Counted from the stretch's first letter, positions 13,820-27,420 are shown. The stretch: 64,000 bases of DNA from Hypanus sabinus (GCF_030144855.1 NC_082731.1:21328001-21392000), one strand, 5' to 3'. Notes: a model not told the origin generated them from the sequence alone. Made by a program: numbers and translations.

Positions 13820-14150
13820 GGGCGGTGCACGAGGGCTTAACTGGAATATATCACTGTGCTGTCAAATGTCGAAGCAATAAACTGCATGGAGTTTCAGTTT
13901 TGTGGTACGAGAAAATTAAGGTGACAAAATGTTTTCCTCCCTGGAGACTGTCAGTCTACCTAGCTCTTTAACTGAATGCGAATGCTTATGCACTATCAAA
14001 TCAAATATTTGGGCTGTCTAATTGTTGGTCAACGTCATATCATAGGTTCAGCTGAAAGTCACGTAGACTTCTCTTGAAACTACGAACGGAGAGATCGGCT
14101 GAGAGACAAGGTTTCACAGCGGAGGCCTCTGGAATTCAGTTCAAAAATCT
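13820..14150 (-). pseudogene. V pseudogene with Ig-heavy-like frameworks and 23-RSS
   Basis: Minus strand fragments PEASAVKP, L*Y (TGA TAT in place of TGG TAT) and HSVKELGRLTVSREENILSP*FSRTTKLKLHAVYCFDI*. Then a perfect CACAGTG (13858-13852), 23 nt and a weak nonamer GCACCGCCC. Confidence 0.6.
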
Positions 14151-14199
14151 ATCCTAAATCGCACGAGATATGTCCCAGGCTACTGCGAGGATCGTGACT

Positions 14200-14640
14200 G
14201 CTAACATCGGACGATGAACTTTGCATTATCAATAGGGACAGGAGAATATCAGAGTCCTGGAACTTGGAACAATTTGTTCATTTTTTCAAAGAAGGGTCTA
14301 GTAATAACCCAGGGAATTAAAGACAGGGAGTCTTACTTCAGTTGTGGTTAAATTGTCCGAGGTCCTGCGAAGGCAGGATTTATGAGCAGTTGGAAATAAA
14401 TATTCTAATTAAAGATAATCAGCATGTGTTTATCATAGCCATGTCATTCTTACGTACCTGAATAATAATTTTGTTACCGTGTCAAACGACATTGATGAAG
14501 GTAGAGCAGTGGATGTATTGTATCTGGATTTCAGCAAGACATTTGAGAATATTCCCCTGTCGAGGCTCATTTATAAAGTTGTGAAAATGAGATTTATGCA
14601 GATTTTGCTTTGTGGATCAGTAATTAGCTTGACTACAGAA
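14200..14640 (+). mobile_element. CR1 RT fragment, decayed
   Basis: IDEGRAVDVLYLDFSKTFE (ORF 14479). Confidence 0.7.
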
Positions 14641-16814
14641 TGTAATGGTTTCTACGCAGCAGCAAAGTTTTGGTTATGACTAGAGATAACGGGGCATGTT
14701 CGCCAATGAGCGGCATGTTGTTCTTTCTTGTCTTTCCGGAAGCCGGAAATTCATGGTCTTCTCGGGAGAGATGAGAGGGTAGACGCAAATCTGAAGAGTT
14801 TGTAGACCGCCGGGCGGAGTGGAGTTGGAGCGAGGGTCCGAAGGTCAATGACGATCGTAGAAGGTGGATGGTGGACTAACGGCCTTCTCAGTGAGCTCCA
14901 AAGTTGCGCATTATACTATTTTTTTGAGAATGAGCCCTTCTCTTTTTTTTTCTTTCTTTATTAACCATAGAGTTAAATTACAAATTATGAGGTACAGTGA
15001 TTTACTCGCAAATCGTGTACAGTTTGATAATTGGAGGTACTGATTTGTTACAGGGGACACATCGTGCAGCATACACCCAGAGTTGATGTCTCAAGTTTGG
15101 CCGGGCCGCGGGCTGTCAACCCCATATATTAAGCCGCTAGCCGAATCGAGAGTTGCAAATCCGTGGCTCTTCCTGGATTAATTCCGTAAGATGCTGTGTG
15201 ATTACCCTGAGCATTGAACTGTTGTGGTTGATATATCTACACCGGACGATTTGTTCATTCGCCGGTTAACTAAAGTTAAAGTTGAGATTTGAGGAGGATG
15301 TTTGAAAAAATGGTGGGCGTAGCTCTCGTTTTAATGTAGACTAGCGCTGACGTAGCGCTAGCTGGGGTCGGAGAATGCAAAGACATGGTTTTATTCTTTC
15401 TGTGGTGTGAGGGTAAGGAGTGGTCGGATTTGAACTGCATAGTTAGTCACGTCCTCTGGTGAAGAGGAAAAATTCGCAGGGACTATCCGACTTTACCTCT
15501 TCAAAGAATAAATGGAAATCATGTCTAGTTTCAAAGTCCAAGCTACGGTAGGCTCGCCTATTCTCTCGAATTACACCCACCCTATATGGGAAGACGATTC
15601 TGAGGCTTGGGCGAAGCGGCCTTCTCAGTTGTAATTTGAGTGGCAGTGCTCCGATTATGTATAGCGATAGAAGTTGGTTGAAAGTTTGAATGGGCGGGCC
15701 GCAGATGTTGTGAGGTCCGACAGGTTAAAGTAAACCGGAGCGACAGCTGTCAATGAAATACAAGCACTGGACAATGCCAGCTCACAGTGGTGTTTCAGAA
15801 TATGTGTCAGGAGAAGGAAGATAAGCTATCTTCTTTTATTTTTCGGCTGGAGAGGCAGCTAATTTGCTTGCACTGCAGAGGGGTCATTCAGGCGGCTGAG
15901 GTGGATAAGTTAAGATAAGACCTGATCGCCAAACGCGCCAAGTCCCATTACCTTACTGCTTGGGGTCTCCGACAGTCTCCTAAGATGCGCCTCCTCCATT
16001 ATTTGAAGAGATGATCAGTGCAGATGGGAAGAGGCGAACGTGTCGGAGGAACAGGAGGGCTCGGCAACAGGGTACAAATTAATGCCAACAATATCAAGAG
16101 ATGCTGTTTATACCAAATATAAAAATATGGGTGAAAATGATGTCGAAGTAATTTTTACCGTGGAATAAATGATGGTGCCTGTTGGTGTAGTTTCAGTACA
16201 TCAGAATCATCTGAGCTTGTGAATTTTTAGCATACATCATTCTGCATTATTTATATGGAGTGGTACAAAAATAAAATTAAAAATAAAGAAAAAAAGTCCT
16301 TTGAGTTGCAGTTCTATGGGCGATAACCTCTGTGTGTAGTCAATGTTAGAATCAGTGATTGCACCCAAGCGGAATGTGCATTATTGATTACTTATATCGG
16401 TATGATCGACAACTAACAAAAACACCTGTGTCGGCTTCATCAAACTCTTACACAAATCGTCATTAACTTATCAATGTATGTATCAATGTATCAATGTATT
16501 CATGCCCTTGTCATGAAGGACAGTGCGCTTGAGGCTTCTAGACCACCCCACACCTCATTCAAACAACTGCAAGTTCCTACGTGTATTTCTGCAGGGCAGC
16601 TGCTGCGGAGAAACACAATGTCATATTGCACAGAAGGCCTAGCTGAGTTCGAATTGATTCATGACTAATCAAGAAACGAATCGACAAGCCCAGACCATAT
16701 GACTTCCAAAATACTGTCGCACAAATCCGACAACAGATTATTTCTTTTCCCTAAGTATACTCATTATCCCAAAGATCCATAATTTACCTGGCGATTAAGA
16801 AACTTTTACAGAGG

Positions 16815-16920
16815 TTAACGAAAATGCCGGCAGCCCGTCTTTGGAATGTGGGCAGGAAAACTAATTGAGTGTATCCACGCAGCCAGGGAGAACACACAAT
16901 CGCCACTCAGACATTGCGAG
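16815..16920 (-). mobile_element. SINE-like fragment (fish tRNA-derived SINE type)
   Basis: Degenerate TCTTTGGAATGTGGG.GGAAA...CCACGCAG..AGGGAGAAC..CAA...CAC.CAGAC block typical of fish SINEs; recognised from memory, family not confirmed. Confidence 0.5.
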
Positions 16921-18172
16921 TCGGAACTCTTGAAGATGCCACACATTGTAAATGTAGTTTGCATTTGCACAACTTCCCCTAAAGCACCAATATTCAAGGT
17001 TCGTGGAATCCGTTATTCGCCATAAACGTCACGTGTATTGGCAAACTACTGCGCTGAGTGGTGTGCACGATAAAGACAATTAAATTTGAATTTCCAACAT
17101 TCGTCAGAGTGATTAACAAGTAAGAGTAATTTTAAGTTCCCTCGAACTGGACAAAGGAAACTTGATGTTCAGAAACCTGTCGATATCCTCTTACATCAAG
17201 AAATTCAATCATGTCTCGAAGGTCACTGATTTTTAAGTCATTCCTGATGCGGCAACGACTTGTTGACAGAGATCATTGTCTTCAAGAGATTCTGATTCTA
17301 ATCATGCTATTCCTTGTGTATTAACCTGCAATATCGGCTTTCAAAACATTTAAAATCGCTTTACGTTTGTTTTAAATCATTTTTAAATGAACGTTAGACT
17401 GATGTTGGTGCATCGAATTAAATTGTCCAGGCGCATCATAAGACCAGTCTATAATAAGACGTAGGAGTAGAATTGGGCCTTTTAGTCGATTGTGTCTGTT
17501 CCGCCTTTTCATCATACACGTTTTATTATCCCTCTCATATCTAATACCCTAACTAATTAAGGAGCTATCAGCTGCGGCCCAGATGTATCGAACGTCTTCC
17601 CTCCCAGGCTGTCTGTAGGAACGAGATCCGAACGCTAAACACCATTATGCAATGTTCAAACCGGTCTGCCAGAATTCCAATGCCCAGGCGTAGGTGAAAA
17701 ATGTGGTTTGCCTCTTCTCCTGGAAAAGGAAACCGGAAACAGCTATCTTCAAGATGAACAAACCGAATCAATAATCTGATCAGTAACAATCAAAACCAGC
17801 GTCAGCAGTTGGTAGTCTATTCCTTTGAATGTAGTATTTTCTATTGATTTTCAACTTCGTAGTAGGGCAAATCAGTATTTTTGTTTCGAATGTCTGGAAT
17901 GTTATTTTACATTTAGGCTGAGTAGCTAAAATAGTGATGTCTTAGCCACCCTTAAAAGGACAGCCCAATTAAGTGAATGATGGTGGCCAGATGATTTATA
18001 TAACGATTCCCAAAGTAAGGACAGCGGAAATAACAGAACTAGTTTCATTCCTACACATTGCCCATTTATCACATCTTCCTCATGCATATGTGTGTATTTA
18101 AGCCTCTCTTGAGACACTAATATGCTTCTTTCTTCCAAGGGGTGAGTGCATCCCATGCGTGCACCACATTCT

Positions 18173-18194
18173 GAGAGAGAGAGAGAGAGAGAGA
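18173..18194. repeat. (GA)11 microsatellite
   Basis: Direct reading. Confidence 0.95.
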
Positions 18195-19999
18195 AAGACT
18201 TACATTACATTGGTGCTGATCTCTGAGCTCGTCCGTGCAGCTGCTCCCCCAATTAAATCACTATTACGTTCCTACTTCTGATTCTGACCTCCTCTGCTAA
18301 TACACGCGACCCTTATATTGTCATTCCATAGTTGGTCACTACACGGCTGTTCAGTAACGTGACGAGTAGTCCTTAAGTTGGACATCACAGCTGTTCCTGT
18401 AATACATACGGTTACATAAACATACCCGGTGCCTCAATGTTTTCTGGAAACAAATTATTTTTATCTTGTATACGCTTAAACTCTGATCCTCAATAATCCT
18501 CAGGAAGGAGATATCAAAACTAACAAAATACTTATTTCAGACGGTATAATTCCATTCTTATTGCCATCCACAATTACTAATTCTTCATTTGGATATTGCG
18601 AATATCAGTTATAGAGACTTGCCAGGTAAGCAGGTTATCTGTGACTATACTGGTGAATCAAAGTGACAGGCTGATAACAACTGTTTTCATTCTGCCTCGT
18701 GTGCATTACTCTTACAGAAATCTGCTTCAAGAAATTTTCCTTCCGTAGTGTACTTTTGAACCATCTGAACATTCCAGCGAAGTCATTATATTATGAAAGA
18801 CTCTGCAGACTTTCCTCTGAAGCATTCAGTTGTCGCATCTGTAAACAGACGAAACTGTCTCACCACGATGGAAGTGTGAGAGAACGGAAGCGCAGAGGAC
18901 TGAAATCCCTCTACACAAGACTGGAAGGATTTTTTTTTATTTTCACTCTACTTACTAAAAGATTTTACTCTGTGTTCCTGTGTTTGGCTAATGCATACCG
19001 CCAAAAGCCAAACGTAAACAGGCACCAGATATAATGAGTACAGGCCTCCATAAGCAGAAAACACAGCAGCTCGACACGTCGGAGACATCAATCCGACTTT
19101 AAAGAAAAACTTAGCACAATTGGACTTAGCGTGCAATCTGCAGAACCAGGGATCCCAGAAAGCGAGTCCACGCTTATACATAAGGGAGGCATGGATACCG
19201 GTCCAAGCCCAGACCGCATTTCGCAGAAACTCATCCCTTAAGCGTCTCTCCCTTACCGGCATGCAAACAGAGAATACATATCAAGGCTCCGGAGGTAAAT
19301 AAGAAAAAGAAGCATCACTGGATTGACAAAGCCATTGCAGCAGTTGTTTCTGTTTGAGAGACTGGGCCGTGTGCAGAGACTCATCAGAGGTTCCGTATAA
19401 ATACTCTCGGTTTTGATGGATTTTATATTAAAAAAGAGCCGAAAACGAGTGTGTCCAACTGAAGCATTCGACGTCTCCCTCAACCATAGATTCTTGCTAA
19501 ATCATGATATCAGTAATCTGATCAGTGTTATTCGGATCAGGAGACAAATGGGGCACACAACATCAAGGTACGATCTCCAGAAAGCAACCACACAGGTAAA
19601 CGGAGAATTCCATACAAATCCTGAAGCAGTGAAGGATGAACAACTCCGTTATTGCCACACGGAAAGTGAAAGCAAGCGACCGACGTGAGATTTAACGTTC
19701 GCTTCCAAAAGAACTCTGGGCCTTCTCTGCTCAGTTGAGAAGTCAAAGCAGGGATGAACCTTTATAAGCTCAAGCACACATTTATGTTACTCTCTATCAG
19801 TGATATAGATCAATTACTACAACGAGTCTAATTTCAGAGTCCAGAGGCAATACTGAGTTCTGATTTGCAGTACCAAACTTATGTATAACAGCATCAAAGA
19901 GCCGAATCTGTCCATGGCCATATCAGATTGCAGTTACTTGAACTGCTGTCATGAGTTTTATTTTTCCAATTATGTTCCGAAAACATACACACTGAGGTT

Positions 20000-20715
20000 T
20001 ATATTGCAGATTTCGTCGGTGGTGAGCAAGACAAATGCCATATTCGCATTTATTTCGAGAGGTCTATAATACAACAACAAGGAGGTGTTGCCGAGGCTTT
20101 ATAAAATACTGGTAAGGCCTCAGCCTTAATATTATGAACAGGATTGGGACCTGCACATTAGAAACGTTGTGCTGGCTTTGGAGAAGTTCCAGAGGAGATT
20201 CTCAAGGATAATTCCGGGAATGAAAGGGTTATCATACGAGGAACGTTTTCTGGCTCAGGTCTGTAATCGCTAGAGTACAGAAGAATGTAAAGGGCATCTC
20301 ATTGAGTGCTTTCTAACTTTGATAATTCTGGACAGAGTTGATATGGAACTGATGATTACCATGGTGGGAGAATCTGGAAGAAGAAAGCTCAGCTGCAGGA
20401 TAGAATTGCAGCTTGACTTTCAGAACAGAGATGCGGAGAAATTGCTTGAGCCAAAAGATCATGATCTTTTGGAATGTGTTGCCACATGCAGCTGTGAAGG
20501 CCAGATCATTGTTGTATTTAAGGCCAAAGATTGATAGGGTACTGATTGGACTTGGAAGGAATGGTTGCGGGGAGAACGCTGGGAACTGGGTTTGAGTAGG
20601 AGATAAAGAAAATGGTTCAGCCATGTTTGAATGTCGTAGCACACTTGGTGAGCCAGATAGCCGAATTCTGATCCTAAGTCTTATGGTCTTACGGTCTGAT
20701 GGTACTCTCCAAGTC
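20000..20715 (+). mobile_element. CR1 3' fragment
   Basis: KTNAIFAFISRG...VRPQ..Y and FLSQKIMIFWNVLP remnants, followed by a CR1 3' UTR. Confidence 0.75.
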
Positions 20716-20939
20716 ATATAGATAAATTACGACAGTCATTCTAATTTCATAACCGACCGGGAATATTGAGTTCTGATCTGCACTACCTCACTGATAAGTA
20801 ACAGCGTCAGAGAACAGAATTTGTCGAACGCCACCTCCGCCTGGAGACTCTTGAACAACTGTCTTGATATATTTTTCCCAATTGTGTTCATAAACTTGCA
20901 GCCTTGGCGACATGGTTACCATCACTAAACTAATAGGCT

Positions 20940-21220
20940 ATCAGTGTGTCTTACCTTTACTGATACACCCGCCGCAACTTTAAAAAGCGACTATCTCCTA
21001 CCATTACTGTAGGAGGCAGTTGAGACATGAAGAGCGCTCTTGGCCCGAAATGTCGACGGTTTATGCCTTTCCGGAGATTCTTCCTCAGCTGCTCAGTTAC
21101 TCCTGCGTTTTTTTTGTGAGGGCGATGCTATCCTCTTCGCAAATGCAGAATGTTGAAATTCATACTGCTGATGCGGTTTTGGTGAAAAAATTTGCGCTTG
21201 ATGCATCAGCCTTTTTATAG
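20940..21220 (+). mobile_element. Penelope-like element terminal repeat remnant
   Basis: Degenerate ...GGCCCGAAATGTCGAC...CCTCAGCTGCTCAGTTACTCC motif shared with copies at 37.7, 57.9 and 62.7 kb. Confidence 0.55.
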
Positions 21221-22899
21221 ATTAGAAACAGAAAAATAGAACAAGAATCCATGATCTGGTGCTAAATTTTCTATAAGAAACTAAAATTATTCAGATGCAC
21301 TTTAATGCTTCTACGTGCACAAGGTTGCCCTGCTATTAGGCACATCTGCTCGTTTGTACCAATTATACTTAGCCAAACATGTGGCAACAATTGAATGCAC
21401 AAACGCAAACAGGCTTTTATCAGAAATGGGATTAACAGTAACCCGCGCGACTTAAACTAGCGAAGTAAATAATAAAGTTGCCATGGTGTATATATCTCAA
21501 CAGCAGAAATCGAAATTAATTCATCAATCACTCAACACCAAATACTATGAATCTAAAGTACGATGATTGTCATTGCACACCTGAAGAGTCACCGAACATG
21601 AAGACTGAAACCTGATAGAATTTGAAAGTGTCCTGCTTGTTAGTTGCCCAAGTAACCACACTTCCATTCTCTCTGTAAAGTGCAGATTCTTCTGTCGTTT
21701 CAATTGATCAGAAATTGTCATTATATAATACACTAGGCCGGTTAAGTGATATGTCGTTTTTTCGCTTCATACGCACCATCGATATCTCCTGTGGAAGCCA
21801 TCTCTGTACTATTGATTGTTGACAAACTCACTGAGAAACAGATGCTATCAGTTGCATCCTGCTAAGCAGGGCTATATGATCCCCTAACATGCAATAACAC
21901 TCAGGTATCAGAATGATTTTGGATAACAATAGCAGAGATAACTGATATTAATAGGTAATAGCAGAAAATAGCAAAGTTATAGAGTATACACTGTAAAACA
22001 ATAATGAACTGAAATTACACTGTGACAGTTTCGAAGGAATTATTTTTGTATTTATCAAGGGAATCTATACTAAATGAACATAGTTTTCAAATACTGAAAC
22101 GGTTCTTTAAGCACGGCTATCATAATCAGTTTGTGATTTATAACTGACTTATGAGACGTGAATTTCGTCGTTGGAGGACATCAGTTCAGAACTAAATCTA
22201 AATATTGCTAGAAATTACAACACAAATTAGCACTGCACAAAAACAGATCTAAACAGTTATTGCTCATGGTTATGTTACGCGGGGACATCTGATGGTGGCG
22301 GGGAAAAATCTGGGAGCATGGAGCACTACGGTAAGCAAGCTCGCTCTTCTTACCACGATATTGTGTCGAAAAAAAATAAATCAACTTTCAAATACACGAA
22401 TGCTTTAACTGCATCTTGTGAAATAATGCCGATCTCCTTCCATTTCACGCAGATTCATCGGCGTCCGTACCAGCCTACTGATTGCCGATATCGTATTCGT
22501 CCCTCCCAATTTCGTTCGGCCTCTCGAGATGTATTCAAGGTTCCAGTAATCTAAGGTTCGGCCGGCCGCGTTAGTCTCGTGAACGACGTCCCTGGTCCCG
22601 GAAAGACCTGCGAAAGTTCATTTGTCTGGATGCTGAATGATGTTATAAATATGAGACAGTACACCGGATGTAATTAACCAATCGTCTATGCGGTTAGTAA
22701 GGAGAACAGACAGAAAAAAAAAGGGGCACATTTAAATGAAACAGTGTAATGTGCACCTTGAAGTTTACGGGTTGTTCTTCTGTTAGTTCTCCATCGATTT
22801 CCTCTCAGCATCATCGACTCCCGACCCCATTGAAAGCCCAATCCTTCTGCAGTCTACGACCTCTCGGTTACTGTTTTGCCAAAAACAATGTACTGTACA

Positions 22900-24990
22900 T
22901 TTCCATTTGATGTTTCAGGAAGGCTGCAACTGATGGCGACTCTACAACATAGAGGAGTACATGGCATCAGTGCCTCGCTGGATCCGCAAGTGCATCGATG
23001 ACTTCACCGTCTCCAAGACCATCGCTGCACACGTAACCTGAAGCCATGGATGACAGCGGAGGTGCGTGCGCTGTTAAGGCCACGTTACTCCGCCTTCACA
23101 GCAGGGGACAGCGCAGTCCTAAGAACAACAACGACCAGTCTGTCTGGGCCATCAGAGAGGCAAAGCGTGCACATGCCCAACGAATCCACAGCCACTTCCT
23201 GGACACCGGAGACACGCAGCGCCTGTGGAAGGGCATTCACGACATCACCAACTACAGGACTACATTACCAGACTGTGCGGATGATTCCTCTCTCCCAGCT
23301 GCGCTGAACAACCTTTACGCTTGTTTTGAGGCGGGAAATGACGTGGCAGCAAGGAGGTTCACCCTTCCTCCAAATGATCAGGTGCTCCGTCTCACCGTGG
23401 CTAATGTGTGACGAAGCCTGTGCAGGGTCAACCCACGGAAGGTTGCTGAACCAGAAATTATTCCTAGTAAAGTACTTAGAGGATGTGCAGAGCAGCTGGC
23501 CGATGTTCTCACTGGCATCTTCAACATCCCCCTGAGCAGAGTGATCGTTCCAACATGCTTCAAGGCCAAAATCGACAGCGTGCCAAAGAAGACTTCAGTG
23601 TCCTGCACAAATGACTACCGTCCCGTTGCATTCACAGCTGTCATAATGAGGTGTTTCGGAAGTCTCTTCAAAAGGCATATCAAGATCCTTCTGCCTCCCT
23701 GACTGGGCCCCTGCAGTTTGCATACCGTCACAACGCGTCAACAGATGACGCCATTGCCATCACCCTCGATCTGGCCTTAACCCACCAGCATAAAAAAAAG
23801 TATGTGCGTTCGAATGCTTTTCATAGACTTCAGTTCAGCAATCAACACAAACATCTCTCAGAAACCGATTGGACCGCTGAGCCTCCTGGGCCTGAACACC
23901 TCCTTCTACAAGTAGATAAAAAACTTCCTGACTGGGAGAGCTCAGTCAGGCCGGATTGAAACAGCATCTCCAATACCATCACACTGAGCACGCGGGCTAC
24001 CCAGGTCTCTGCGCTCAGCCTACTGCTGTTCAACCTGCTGACCCATGACTGTGTTGTAACTCACAACTCGAACCACATCATCAAGTTCGCCGATGGCACG
24101 ACCGTGGAGGGTCTCATCAGCAAGAACAATAGTCAGCACACAGAGAGCAGGTGCAGCGTCTAACGGACTGGTGCAGAGACAACAACCTTTCACTGAACGT
24201 GAACAAAACCAAAGAGCTGGTTGTCGACTTCAGGAGAGCTCGGTGCGACCACTCCCCGCTGAGCATCGATGGCTCCACGGTAGAGATCGTTAAGTGTACT
24301 AAATTTCTTGGTGTTCACCTGGCGGACAATCTCAACTGGTCCCTCAACACCAGCTCCATACAAAATAGAGCACAGTAGCGTATCTACTTTGTGCGAAGGC
24401 TAAGAAAAGTCCACTTCCCACCCCTCATCCTCATCACATTCTACAGGGGTGGTATCGAGAGCATCCTGAGCAGCTGCATCACTGCCTGTTTCGGAAATTG
24501 CACCATATCGGATCGGAAGACCCTGCGGCAGATAGTGAGGTCAGCCAAGAACAACATCGGGGTCTCTCTTCACGCCATTATAGACATTTACACTACATGC
24601 TGCATCTCATTCCTGCCATCTGGGAAGAGGCATCGAAGCATTCGGACTCTCACCACCAGACTATGTAACAGATTCTTCCCCCAAGCTATCAGACTCCTGA
24701 ATACCCAAAACCTTGACTGACACCAATTTAGTTATTTCTACTGTGCCTATTCTCTTGTTTATTTTTTATTGTAAAACTTGTACTGTTTTGTGCACTTTAT
24801 GCAGTCCTGGGTAGGTCTGTATCCTACTGTAGATTTTTCTTTTTTTCTCGTAATGTTTTTAAGTAGATCAGTTTATTTTTTCTACTGTTTCAGGAAACAC
24901 CATGGTCATGAAAAATGTTGTCTCTTTTTTACTTTGTACTTTACCTGAAGTTATGGTCGAAATGAAAATAAACATTGACTTGACTTGGAA
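22900..24990 (+). mobile_element. Rex1/Babar-clade LINE, 5'-truncated
   Basis: KPWMTAEVRALL, LWKGIHDIT, PLQFAYR, IKFADG and VKCTKFLGVHL...LNWSLNT remnants; 3' end AATAAACATTGACTTGACTTG. Confidence 0.85.
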
Positions 24991-25199
24991 TTTTGGCAGA
25001 TTGGACTCAGGTGTCATTTTCCGCCTTTATCTCCACAAAATATATACAGCAGTATAAAGTACAAAATTTCCAGCCTATTCAAAGGTCCATGAGTCTTCGA
25101 ACAGTGCCGAGTCCTCATATGTTATTCCATTCAGACATTGTTGAAGTCCAAATACGGATCACTCGAATCACAGACTTCGAACGAGTTTAAGCTCCTTTG

Positions 25200-27420
25200 A
25201 TTACTGCTATTTTATCATCTACGGACAGAAATATTCTGAAATGTAAATTTCACCTTTTTGTATATCATATGCAGTTCCTTTGTGGAAATTTGCAGAGGCC
25301 TTATTAAAATCCATGTAGACGGCATTCTCAGTTCTCCCTTCAATCACTGTCGTAAACTCTGTACGTAAACTCAATAGTATGAGAGTGTTTCCAGACTGCG
25401 CTGATTAGGCCATGGTGTCAAAATTCACACTGACACAACCTGGAAGAATCCGTCCCTATAGTTTAGATAATATTTACACACGATTCGCCCAGATCATTTT
25501 TGGTTCTCCTCTTAAACAATAAGGACGTGTTATCTACCAGCCCGTGGCAGGAGATGTCACGGAGATATTGGACAAGGCCCCAGAAATCTCACGACCTTCA
25601 TTACTCAGTAAGCCGGGATACATATCTTAGGAATTGGTAGAGTAATCTAACTGCATGTTATTTATGCAAACCCACTTTGCATCATTCTTTTTCTCTAAAT
25701 GGTGTACTAAGTTAGTACAATCAGTTACTACCTTATCCATCAACGAGCAATTAAATTGATGGAATCATGCTTATACAGGACCTCAGCCATCTGCTCTGCC
25801 TTCAACAGCAGGTTCCTGCCCGCACCCCGATTTATGAACCGTGTTAATCGCTCCTTAGATATCCTATTACACTTGACGCATATAAAGTCTGCCCGGGTAT
25901 TTCCGTTAGTTCTACATACCGACGGATTCTCGGCCCGCTAGAATTTCCAAATTATTTCATGACTACTACTTTCTTTCTGGTTTTGTTTTTAAATTATATT
26001 TTCTCAGTCCGTTCGCCATTTTCTTGCTTTCCATTACTAATTCTCGAAAGACATTTTTCAGTGCTGCAATAACTACACATGTGGTATAAGCATTTAAATA
26101 TTTTTGTTATTTGTTTGTCAGTTTGTTTGTTTATATATATATATATTTATTTACTTACTTACTTACTAGCTGACTTACCCGCAATGTCACCCAAGCTCCA
26201 CTGCCTACCTCGTCATCCTTTAAATGCAGTGAGCAACCGTATATGTTGATCTCCTAACTTTTATTATCTTTTAGTTAATGTGCAATGATGATCCCAACTT
26301 CATGCATGCCAATCTGTGACTATGTAACGACTTTATCTGCCTCCTTCCGTATACAGCGCATATTTAAATATAACGCTTTCTGTCCTCTATTCATTATCCT
26401 GTTTGATTTAGACTCCATTTAACATTTAATCTTAATTCGTTGACTGACTGTTTACAAGGTCACCAGCTTCTCCTTGTTAATAGTTTCAATGCACACTGCC
26501 TCTGTTTGTAAGCCAACTACCCCATCCTCAGTCCTGACACTCCTAATTCATTCTACCCGTTCGGTACGGCTGTAGGAACTTGCTTGGACGGATAATGTCC
26601 TGCCTCAAGTGTTCAGCCCAAACTATACCTTTTGTACAGGTCGCCGTTTGAGCTGAGCTAAAAGCTACCTCGACCCTTTTTAAATTTCTGCATCCCAATA
26701 ATGCAGAAATGTCAGCTCTATACCGTGGCACAAATTCGTCTGCTACGCATTTCTCTGCCAAATCCTCATTTAGGTGTCGGTACCCACGGATGTTAGAGGT
26801 CGCAATCCAGCCGTTCCTACCTCAATGGTATTGTTTTTCAACTCTCTATTTAGCGTCCTGATACCTTTATCCAGGACTTCTCACATTTCTTAACTGTTTC
26901 ATCGTAAATTGTATGGACGAAGCTCGTGGAATACTAACCCATCCCCCTTCAGAATATCGCGAGCACGATGCATGACATCACTAGCGGTATTAACATGCCA
27001 TCAATGTGTCCCTAACGTTGTCGGATCCACAGAATCTCGTCGACATTCCAATAAATATGTTATTATCTATCTTTTCTTCTCTCTTAATTTCTGAGCTGCA
27101 GCGCCACAGTCAGGGGCAGCAAAACCTCCTACCTTCTGCATTCAACCACTTAAAATTAGAGAAAGCAGTATAATAATTAACGAGGAGAAAGCTCGCATAA
27201 GTTTTTTTTTTCGCTGCCTATTTGGTTTCCAACTCCTGACAAGTCACATTGTTGATTGCCTCCCTGACGTTCATATCTTTCATACACCCAGTCTTCCATT
27301 GCGGTCTCCCCTATCATGCTGCATCTAAAGTCTGTTATCACATTCTCTGAGGTCCTATAAGTCGGTGCACCAGATGAAGACGTGGTTATCCGGGAGGCTT
27401 CTGATCCACTAGAATTTTCA
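25200..27420 (-). mobile_element. Fragmented, decayed CR1 (RT, endonuclease and ORF1 pieces)
   Basis: Patchy similarity to the other CR1 copies, interrupted by unique sequence at ~25.85-26.25 kb. Confidence 0.5.
26110..26170. repeat. Compound low-complexity repeat (TTTG)n(TA)n(TTAC)n
   Basis: Direct reading. Confidence 0.85.

Noticed and set aside
18718-18920. Possible TCR constant exon (PSVVYF-like words after an acceptor)
   Set aside because: Stops in that frame and no C1-set cysteine/tryptophan pattern.
22018-22024. Isolated perfect heptamer (CACTGTG), and similarly CACAGTG at 35068-35074
   Set aside because: No acceptable nonamer and no convincing V, D or J coding flank; such 7-mers are expected several times by chance in 64 kb.
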